A DNA stretch of 40,221 bases from an uncultured Methanosarcinales archaeon (GTDB taxonomy: Archaea; Nanobdellota; Nanobdellia; Woesearchaeales; DSVV01), in contig CAZPXC010000002.1 in assembly GCA_964590935.1 (NCBI GenBank), positions 12,885 to 53,105 of the forward strand, in the 5' to 3' direction. The notes beneath the pieces are model-generated. The model was not told the DNA's origin. It was given only the letters and a program-made list of their open reading frames with translations, and searched no databases. This document shows, in pieces, positions 15,378 to 22,872 of the stretch. Position 1 is the stretch's first letter. Every line of letters begins with the position of its first letter. A program made the translations under genes and the position numbers.

Positions 15378-15703
15378 TTTCTTGAAGGTGTGATTAAAAT
15401 TTTTCCATTCGGCGGCTGGTCCGGCTTAAACACATTAGAATATATTTTTTTGATAGTGCAATGAAATTTTTCCATCCACTGGCTGCAGGAGTCGCTTAAA
15501 CACGGCACTGCTGGTGCCTGCGACTCCTGCGCCTATGGAATATAATAATTCCGCCGTTTTAAAACAGGCGGAATTATTATGGTCGGAGAAAACTGACGCA
15601 GTCAGTTTTCGATTGACAAATTTCTGTTTGAGAAGCCCTCCGGGCCTGCCTCTTGCACTGGAAGGAAAATGACCGTCGAAGCCATGGGTGGCTGGATTTT
15701 TTC
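15378..15703 (+). repeat. structured intergenic repeat family, copy B (partial 5' duplication plus a full unit)
   Basis: Partial unit at 15378-15433. The full unit has hairpin 1 at 15481-15533, hairpin 2 at 15542-15580 (14 bp) and hairpin 3 at 15588-15610 (10 bp, triloop). Ends tccatccac (15471-15479) and gtggctgga (15688-15696) are inverted. Confidence 0.65.
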
Positions 15704-15760
15704 TACATACAAATAGAACAGTATCAAAATCATACTTAGAAACTTTACTTGGCACGGGCA

Positions 15761-15773
15761 AAAGATTTAAATA
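15761..15773 (+). promoter_or_regulatory. BRE/TATA-like AAAGATTTAAATA
   Basis: The same 13-mer recurs at 28777-28789 and 38255-38267, and as cAGATTTAAATA at 26889-26900. Each copy is upstream of a gene start. Confidence 0.45.
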
Positions 15774-15838
15774 AAATGTTAATCTGCAGATAGTACAATA
15801 AAAAGAGGGCTGATAATAATAATGCATGATGCACCACA

Positions 15839-16969
15839 ATGAAAATAATATGCTATGTTCTCATGATCCTGCTGGCAGCGTTCATAGTTGCCGGAGTTGA
15901 TGGTTCGTTCAGGCTGAAGGTCTGCAAGGACCAGGCATGCACGATGGAATCGACAGTGTTCCTGCAGCACAGCAATATCTACTTCAATTACGAGTCGTCA
16001 GAAGAGGTTCTTTCCGCAGCGGCAGTGCTTACTTATCCTGACGGCAAGACTATGAAGCTAAAGCTGCCGGCATCGATAAAGGCAGACCTGATGGGGCCTT
16101 ATGTCCTGGAGGCCACGGCAGTTGCAGGCGGAACAATAAAACAGACCAAACGCTTTGGCGTGATAGAGGCACCGGCACAAAACCTGCAAAGCGAGCCTGC
16201 ACAGGAAAAAAAGGAAAAGGAGCAGGCAGCGGTGCCGGACCAGCCAGCAGTGACCAATGACCAGCCAGAAACAGGCCTGACTGACCTGATGGTACCGCAG
16301 AACAGGACCAACAAGAACGATTCCTTGATGGACAATGAGCTTCTCTTAGGGATATACATGATGGGGGGATTGCTGGCCCTCTTCATCGCTCTCTATCTTA
16401 TCGTCCGCTGGAAAAACAGGAGCAGAGACAAGGCGCATCCGAGAAAAAGCCTCAAAGAGTTTGCAGAGGACCATGACGTGCTCCACCCGCATAAGTATAT
16501 GAACAAGATCGTAAGCTACATAAGCTCGTCGCTGGAGCAGGGCTATTCAACAAAGGATATCTATGACCATCTGCGCTCAAATGGCTGGAAGGAAAAGCAG
16601 ATAAACGAGGGATTCAGGAGATACAAGCTGCTGGGAAGCTATCATGAGATGAAAGACAGCAACATGCCCGAGAAGGAGATAAAGAAGGCGCTCTTGAAAG
16701 ATTACAGCCGGGCACAGATAAGGGAGACGCTCTCGCACCATTCAGCCATACTTGGCAGGGATGCGACAGAGGAGGACAGGATGAGGCACCTGCATGAGCT
16801 TGCAGAGGTCCACGAGGTCCACAAGGCAGAAGGCAACCTGGCAAAGCTCCAGTCTTACATATCAAAGTGCTACAGCCATGGATACAGCCGTCAGATGATA
16901 AGGGATACCCTGATCGACAAGGGCTGGTCTGCGGAGACCGTAGACAAGGCGTTCGAGCTGTTGAGGTAG
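15839..16969 (+). CDS. bitopic membrane protein: small extracellular domain, TM helix, cytoplasmic tail with three helical repeats
   Basis: 376 aa. N-terminal signal or anchor MKIICYVLMILLAAFIVAG. Second TM LLLGIYMMGGLLALFIALYLIV followed by RWKNRSRDK (positive-inside). Tail repeats: YISSSLEQGYSTKDIYDHLRSNGWKEKQINEGF, EKEIKKALLKDYSRAQIRETL and YISKCYSHGYSRQMIRDTLIDKGWSAETVDKAF. Confidence 0.7.
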   Translation: MKIICYVLMILLAAFIVAGVDGSFRLKVCKDQACTMESTVFLQHSNIYFNYESSEEVLSAAAVLTYPDGKTMKLKLPASIKADLMGPYVLEATAVAGGTIKQTKRFGVIEAPAQNLQSEPAQEKKEKEQAAVPDQPAVTNDQPETGLTDLMVPQNRTNKNDSLMDNELLLGIYMMGGLLALFIALYLIVRWKNRSRDKAHPRKSLKEFAEDHDVLHPHKYMNKIVSYISSSLEQGYSTKDIYDHLRSNGWKEKQINEGFRRYKLLGSYHEMKDSNMPEKEIKKALLKDYSRAQIRETLSHHSAILGRDATEEDRMRHLHELAEVHEVHKAEGNLAKLQSYISKCYSHGYSRQMIRDTLIDKGWSAETVDKAFELLR

Positions 16970-17028
16970 AAACCGTCTGACAATTCCCAAATAAATGTCA
17001 AGGACCAGTGGTTTTTGAGCATGTGCTT

Positions 17029-17206
17029 AAAAATTCACATAGTGAATTTTTGGCATGTTAGGAATCTTCGATTCCAAACACTCAAGAATACCAGTCTCAT
17101 CGATTGGCAAGAGATAAGCTTTGCTTATCCACTTGTCAAAAATCTTAGATTTTTGATCATCTTAAGAATCTATGATTCTTACGACCTCAATAGATGGGTG
17201 GTATTC
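17029..17206. other. cluster of five triloop hairpins; three are enclosed by two closing stems (cloverleaf-like, 17086-17206)
   Basis: Hairpins at 17029-17051 (10 bp), 17061-17075 (6 bp), 17113-17129 (7 bp), 17137-17155 (8 bp) and 17163-17181 (8 bp), all with 3-nt loops. Closing stems are 17098-17106/17188-17196 and 17086-17093/17199-17206. Confidence 0.55.
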
Positions 17207-17237
17207 CTGACATATAAAAAATAACGTGGCCTTCAGA

Positions 17238-18464
17238 TTAATGATGTCCTAATATTATAAATGGAATATCGGTTAGCGTGTCATAGCATGGAATAACGCC
17301 GGTTTTTTGGATAAGACAATATTTTCCATTTTTTCTGAAATATACAAGCGTGTGGCCATCTCTGTCATCCTGAGCATCAAGCATTCCTGATGCATAACCT
17401 GACCTATCAAGTAAATAAGAAGCAAATCGCGCAAAATCTACACAGTTGGCTTCATGTTTGTCAAAAACTTTGCGAATGCTGAATCGTGCACCACAATAGT
17501 ATTTATATTCAATATTTTTCCTTGTCCAGTATTCAATGGTCTCTGGCGAATTCAATCTGTCCGCAACAGTATCAAAATCTGACCATCTTTGTTTGTTCTT
17601 CGCTTGGATCACTGCGAATTTTCTATCATCAAAAACATACCCAAACTTCTCAGGATGCTCTCTTGACACCTGGATCGTATACTGAATTGCCAGTCCGTTG
17701 CCGAACTGGGGATTCTCTTGGCTGTATTTCAGTATCTGTTTCTTGAGGCTCTCATCTGTACAACTGTCAAATATTTTCCTGCTTTCACTCTGCATCCATT
17801 TTCCTATCTGCAGGTAACTGTTTAGCTTGCCCCACCAGGCCCTGTCTAACAAGTCCTCGAGCTCATAGTCATTGATAACCTCTTTTGCTTCATCGCTTTT
17901 ACCATCTTCAAAGAGCCAGAACAGTGCCTGCAGGGGCGAGTTATATTTCCTGACATTCTTGATGCCGATCTTGTCCATCTGCCTGAAGACGTCCTCGAAT
18001 CTGTCAGGCATCTGCTGGTATAGCCCGACCAGCTCATCCAGTGCCTTGATCTCGTGTTCTGATATACCGTCCTTTATCTCTGGCAATTGCCCCAGCTGGA
18101 AAGCAAGCTCTGAAAAACCGGTCTTGCTGTTTTTGTCAAACAGGGAGAACAGTGCAGGGACGACCCTGTCAGAGTATTTTTCTGGATCGCTGTGATACAG
18201 CTCGACAATCTGCTTTGCCTTATCTTCAGGAACATACGAAAGACTGTTTATCTGGCTGGAGTTTGGAGATGTCTTTCCAAAGCCCACTGTGGCGCAACCG
18301 GACAGGGTGTCAAGAATAAAAGGGACAGATGCAGTGCTGGCTATTGCCACAGCTATCTTAGACAGGGCTTCCCTTCTTCCAGGAATAGTTGGCGGATTGA
18401 TCAATCTGTCCAGAGACGATCTCATCCTGTTTCCAAACGAGCCAAAAACTGCCATTTTCATCAA
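17238..18464 (-). CDS. secreted transglutaminase-like cysteine protease-fold protein (Tat-like signal plus lipobox)
   Basis: 408 aa. The N-terminal GRREALSKIAVAIASTASVPFILDTLSGC combines an RR motif, a hydrophobic stretch and LSGC. The C-terminal EANCVDFARFASYLLDRSGY...DGHTLVYF matches the Cys/His core of transglutaminase-like domains. Confidence 0.65.
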   Translation of the reverse strand: MMKMAVFGSFGNRMRSSLDRLINPPTIPGRREALSKIAVAIASTASVPFILDTLSGCATVGFGKTSPNSSQINSLSYVPEDKAKQIVELYHSDPEKYSDRVVPALFSLFDKNSKTGFSELAFQLGQLPEIKDGISEHEIKALDELVGLYQQMPDRFEDVFRQMDKIGIKNVRKYNSPLQALFWLFEDGKSDEAKEVINDYELEDLLDRAWWGKLNSYLQIGKWMQSESRKIFDSCTDESLKKQILKYSQENPQFGNGLAIQYTIQVSREHPEKFGYVFDDRKFAVIQAKNKQRWSDFDTVADRLNSPETIEYWTRKNIEYKYYCGARFSIRKVFDKHEANCVDFARFASYLLDRSGYASGMLDAQDDRDGHTLVYFRKNGKYCLIQKTGVIPCYDTLTDIPFIILGHH

Positions 18465-18546
18465 AAAATATGCAGGTATTTAATAATCTTATTTTTAACA
18501 CGCCTGTATTTACCATGCAAACTATAATTCCAGCGCAAAATCCGAA

Positions 18547-20067
18547 ATGTTCATAAACTACTCCTCTATTCTAATGCCAAATATGAAAAAGAAACACCTG
18601 CTGATGATATCCCTGCTGGTGATATTCCTTATTACGGTCGGGATAAGATTGTTCTATGCGTTCGGGACATCGACGTTCAGCGATGATTCCGCCTATTTCA
18701 CGCTCAGGCAGATAGAGCATATAAAGGATACAGGCCACCCGCTGTACTATGACCCGTTGAGCTACGGTGGCAGGACCCATGTGTTCCTGCCGTTATTCCA
18801 TTATATACTTGCATTCTTCAGCCTGTTCTTCGGCACGATCGCTGTTGCCAAGGCTGTCCCGAATATAGTCGCATCCACGCTTGTCTTCGTGGTGTATCTC
18901 ATCATCAGCCGCATCACAAGGAACAAGTGGGTCGCTGTCCTGACAGCGTTCATAAGCGCCTTTATCCCAATATACATCTCAGAGACTATAAACTCGATAT
19001 CTGTCTACTCTTTCACTATTCCGCTCAGCTTCCTGATGCTCTATTTCCTGCTTAGCAGGAAGTTCAACCTTTTCCTGGCCTCATTGATACTGTTCATGCT
19101 GCTCTCCCCTTCTGTAGTGCTCATCGTCATGACGATGATACTGTATTTCGTGTTTTCATGGGTAGAGGGCTTTACGCCCCACAGGGCTGAGATCGAGCTT
19201 ACAGTCTTCTCTGTATTCTTGGTGACCTGGTTCTATTTCCTGGTCTACAGGGATGCATTTTTGCTATACGGATACAGGATAATATGGTACAACATCCCAA
19301 AGGAGGTGCTTGCCAAGTATTTCTCCCAGTTTGACATGCCCACCGCGCTGTACCAGATCGGCATCATACCAATCCTGTCAGGCATATACATGTTTTATCA
19401 TTACATGTTCAAAAAGAAGAAAAAGTCAGTATACATGCTTATCAGCCTCCTGGTAATAGTCGGGCTGCTCCTGCTCCTGAAGTTCATCCAGCTCAGGATG
19501 GGCATGATGTACATAGGTGTTGCACTCGCGATCCTGTTCGGCGAGTTCTTCATCCTGCTCATGTCATACATCTCGAGGACCAAGTTTGCAGGGTACAGGA
19601 ACTGGATCGTCGCCGGATTCATCGCAATCTTCATCGCCACTTCCTTCCTTCCATCGCTTGGCTATGCCAATGAGAAGATGTCTGAAAGCGTAAGCGAGGA
19701 AAAGGTCTTTGCGTTCACGTTCCTGGGCAACATATCAGAGGAAAACGCCGCCTTCGTCGGCTCGGTATTCGAGGGCAACCTTATCAACTATTACATAAAA
19801 AGAAAGAACATCATCGACACGGACTTCCTGATGATCAGGAATGTGGATGCAAGGCTGCGCGACGTAAGGACAATATACACCTCGGCTATCGAGACCAAGC
19901 CTGTCGAGATCATGAAAAAATACAACGCTGACTATATAATATTTACAGATGCTGAAAAAAGATATTACAACATCACAAGGATAGCGTACGTGGATGAGGA
20001 CTGTTTCCCCCTTGTCTACTCAGGAAAGGACGTGAAGGTCTATAAAAGAAAATGCTGGACAGACTAA
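18547..20067 (+). CDS. GT-C fold membrane glycosyltransferase, STT3/AglB-like (short form)
   Basis: 506 aa, more than 10 TM segments. The first loop FSDDSAYFTLRQIEHIKDTGHPLYYDPLSYGG resembles the STT3/AglB EL1 acidic motif. It has a short C-terminal soluble domain and no canonical WWDYG. The start may be at 18583 (MKKKHLL). Confidence 0.55.
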   Translation: MFINYSSILMPNMKKKHLLMISLLVIFLITVGIRLFYAFGTSTFSDDSAYFTLRQIEHIKDTGHPLYYDPLSYGGRTHVFLPLFHYILAFFSLFFGTIAVAKAVPNIVASTLVFVVYLIISRITRNKWVAVLTAFISAFIPIYISETINSISVYSFTIPLSFLMLYFLLSRKFNLFLASLILFMLLSPSVVLIVMTMILYFVFSWVEGFTPHRAEIELTVFSVFLVTWFYFLVYRDAFLLYGYRIIWYNIPKEVLAKYFSQFDMPTALYQIGIIPILSGIYMFYHYMFKKKKKSVYMLISLLVIVGLLLLLKFIQLRMGMMYIGVALAILFGEFFILLMSYISRTKFAGYRNWIVAGFIAIFIATSFLPSLGYANEKMSESVSEEKVFAFTFLGNISEENAAFVGSVFEGNLINYYIKRKNIIDTDFLMIRNVDARLRDVRTIYTSAIETKPVEIMKKYNADYIIFTDAEKRYYNITRIAYVDEDCFPLVYSGKDVKVYKRKCWTD

Positions 20068-21515
20068 AAAGGCAGTATAAAAGATACTCCCTTATCATCG
20101 TGATGCTGCTGGCGTTAGCTGTATTGCTCGTCCCCCATGTGATAAGATACAGCCATTTTGACAACTTCATGGTCGGCGGTATGCCTTATTACCATGCGAG
20201 GATCGCCCAGCGCCTGAGCCACGGCTATTCCGGGTATGACCAGCTCAGCTACAGCGGCTCTGCGTACATATTCGATGCATACGACGTTGCCCTCGCCATC
20301 ATCGGGCAGTTCATAGGTGTACTTACAGCATCCAATGTCCTGCCGTTTGCACTGGGGCTCTGCTCTGTGGTGCTGCTCTTCCTCCTCCTGGGCAGGCTTA
20401 AGCTCAGCTCAGGCATGAGACTCTTGACCATGCTGCTATGGATACTCTCGCCTGTCTTCATCTACACGTTCACTGTCTCCAACCCTTTCGCTCTCGTGAT
20501 CTTCCTTAACCTCGCAGGGTTCTATTTTTTTATGTCAAAGGACAGGAAGGCTGTCTTTTCGATTCTGTTCTTTGCGTTCATACCCCTGTTCGGGATCATA
20601 AACACCCTTATCACTGCATTCCTTGCCGTTATCTACACACTGAAGGAGAGGAAAAAGACAAGGGTACTTATCATGGTGCTTGTCCTGCTGTTCTCTGTGG
20701 GGTTTGTATACAATTTTCTTTTTTATTCTGCCTATGGCCTGCCGGGAAGGTTCATCCCTGTAAAGGAGAACCTCATCCAGAACAGCCTTGTGGAGCTTGG
20801 CGCGGTCCTCGGCTTCAACACCTTTGTGCTTCTGCTTTCTATAGTTGGCATGTTGAGCAACTGGAGGAAGAAGAGCAGGTTCGTATGGCTCTATATCCTT
20901 ATGGCAGCGCTTATCCTTTCCTTTATCTTCATCGATCCCCAGTTCAAGTCCCTCCTCAGCATCCTTGTCTCTTTTTTTGCAGCGTTCGGGCTGGCCACGC
21001 TTGCTGACATGAGGTGGGAGCTTAAGCTGATAAGAAACCTGACCATTGCCATGCTTTTATTCAGCATCATGTTCTCGACGTATGCATATATAGGAAGACT
21101 GTCCTTCATGGAACCGGGCCTGGATACGATAGGTTCCTTGACATGGCTCAGGTCCAACTCAGTCCATGAAGGGGTTGTCATATCCGACTATAAGAACGGG
21201 TTCTGGATCGAGTATTTTGCGCGGCGTCCTGTGGTTATGGACTCTCTTACCAGATACAGGCCGGAACCCAGGCAGCGTTACAATGACACGATCACGCTTT
21301 TCAGGACCAGGGACATGGACACGGCATCAGGGATCCTTGACAGGTATGATGTCAGGTATATCTTTGTCGATGCAAAGACCAGGGCACTGATGCTGGGTGA
21401 GAACAATATACTGGGCCTTGAGTTCCTGCTTGAGAACAGCAACAGCTTCAAGATGATTAAAAATACCAACGATGTGGAGATATGGGAATACAACCAGAGC
21501 AAAGTTCCTGGATAA
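20052..21515 (+). CDS. GT-C fold membrane glycosyltransferase, STT3/AglB-like paralog
   Basis: 487 aa, multi-TM. It has MPYYHARIAQRLSHGYSGYDQLSYSG in loop 1. The C-terminal ISDYKNGFWIEYFARRPVVMD sits where WWDYG is expected, followed by DRYDVRYIFVD. It overlaps the upstream gene by 16 nt. Confidence 0.55.
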   Translation: MLDRLKRQYKRYSLIIVMLLALAVLLVPHVIRYSHFDNFMVGGMPYYHARIAQRLSHGYSGYDQLSYSGSAYIFDAYDVALAIIGQFIGVLTASNVLPFALGLCSVVLLFLLLGRLKLSSGMRLLTMLLWILSPVFIYTFTVSNPFALVIFLNLAGFYFFMSKDRKAVFSILFFAFIPLFGIINTLITAFLAVIYTLKERKKTRVLIMVLVLLFSVGFVYNFLFYSAYGLPGRFIPVKENLIQNSLVELGAVLGFNTFVLLLSIVGMLSNWRKKSRFVWLYILMAALILSFIFIDPQFKSLLSILVSFFAAFGLATLADMRWELKLIRNLTIAMLLFSIMFSTYAYIGRLSFMEPGLDTIGSLTWLRSNSVHEGVVISDYKNGFWIEYFARRPVVMDSLTRYRPEPRQRYNDTITLFRTRDMDTASGILDRYDVRYIFVDAKTRALMLGENNILGLEFLLENSNSFKMIKNTNDVEIWEYNQSKVPG

Positions 21516-21539
21516 AATGACCAGCAGACGGGCAGCAAA

Positions 21540-22799
21540 ATGACTATTCTGAATTACTTGCCTACAATCCTGACTTTTATCTTTCTTTTGGTAATACTTT
21601 CATACTATATACTCATTTTTATACCAAGAAAAAAGCCAAGGCCGCATAAGAGGTTTTCCAGCATCTCAGTTATCATACCTGTACATAATGAAGAAGAATA
21701 TATCGAGGAGTGTATAGAATCTGTGCTGGCAGCAGGGTTCAAAGGCACCAAGCAGGTCATTGTTGTAGACGACGGGAGCAAAGACAAAACCGCCAGTATA
21801 GTTTCTAGGTTCAGGAAAGAAGGTGTCCGGCTCATCAAGACCAGGCATACAGGAAAATCAGCATCGATAAACCGCGCGCTTGCCGTGGCGTGCGGCGAGC
21901 TCATCGCTATCGTAGATGGAGACAGCTATATCAATAAGGATGCACTGCAAGCTTTGGCCCGCGAGGTGGAGCGTAAAAATGTTGTCGGAGCCACCTGCGT
22001 CGTCAAGGTAAAGAACAGAAGCAGGCTTCTTTGTATGTGGCCCCATATAGAACTGATATACGGATCCCTTATCAGGTCGATATTATCGAAGATAAACGCC
22101 AACATCACCACACCCGGGCCCTTAAGTGTCTACAGGCATAAGCAGCTAAAGGAGATCGGCGGTTTCAGCACTGAAGGTTTTTCTGAAGATGTTGATGTGA
22201 CCATACGCCTGATAAGAAAAGGATACAGGATCGGCTTTTCAGATGATGCGACAACATGGACTAACATGCCCTATAACATTAAGGGTTTCATCAGACAAAG
22301 GACAAGGTTTGCAAGAGGCCTGCTCAATATCCTAAAAAGGCACATGCAGCTGAACACGACAGCAATTGACCTTTACACGCTGCCGCTGTATTTTTTCTTA
22401 TATGTCCAGGCTGTCATAATGGGGATGTTCACGATATACCAGATCGGCTCAGGGTACATAACATGGTTCGCATCGTACGGCACGTATATAAGCTTTGGTG
22501 TGTTAAGGTTCTTTTTTGAATGGGCCTCAATCTATGGTTTTGTAAAATGGATCATAAGTGTGGCATCAGGAACTGTGCCGCTTACTTTTTTGACCATGGC
22601 AGGGATAGTGAGCTCATTGTTGTCATATCCACTGTACTTCTATGCTGTTTTCAAGTATGATAAAAGGATCGACCTGCTCCATATTATCCCGTTGTTCTTC
22701 ATGGCTCCGTTCTGGTGGGCCCTGATGATAATCAATATAGTGTGCCTGCCTGAGATGTTCATGAGGCACCAGAACAACATCTGGAAGAAGAATGAATAG
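21540..22799 (+). CDS. family 2 glycosyltransferase, processive-synthase architecture (variant QRTRF motif)
   Basis: 419 aa. Motifs: VIIPVHNEE, VVDDGSKD, VDGDS, FSEDVDV and QRTRFARG in place of Q(R/Q)xRW. It has an N-terminal TM and several C-terminal TM helices, as in PgaC/NodC/chitin or cellulose synthase-type enzymes. Confidence 0.8.
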   Translation: MTILNYLPTILTFIFLLVILSYYILIFIPRKKPRPHKRFSSISVIIPVHNEEEYIEECIESVLAAGFKGTKQVIVVDDGSKDKTASIVSRFRKEGVRLIKTRHTGKSASINRALAVACGELIAIVDGDSYINKDALQALAREVERKNVVGATCVVKVKNRSRLLCMWPHIELIYGSLIRSILSKINANITTPGPLSVYRHKQLKEIGGFSTEGFSEDVDVTIRLIRKGYRIGFSDDATTWTNMPYNIKGFIRQRTRFARGLLNILKRHMQLNTTAIDLYTLPLYFFLYVQAVIMGMFTIYQIGSGYITWFASYGTYISFGVLRFFFEWASIYGFVKWIISVASGTVPLTFLTMAGIVSSLLSYPLYFYAVFKYDKRIDLLHIIPLFFMAPFWWALMIINIVCLPEMFMRHQNNIWKKNE

Positions 22800-22872
22800 C
22801 ATGGTGGATATCACAAAAAAACACGGATTCAAACAATATCTTTTTAAATGATGAAAACAGTTCACGGACAAC

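Noticed and set aside
15481-15533. Core hairpin as an integron attC site (conserved structure, variable sequence, bulged bases).
   Set aside because: No RYYYAAC / GTTRRRY core sites at the hairpin ends, no integrase in the window, and neighbouring genes are not cassette-like.
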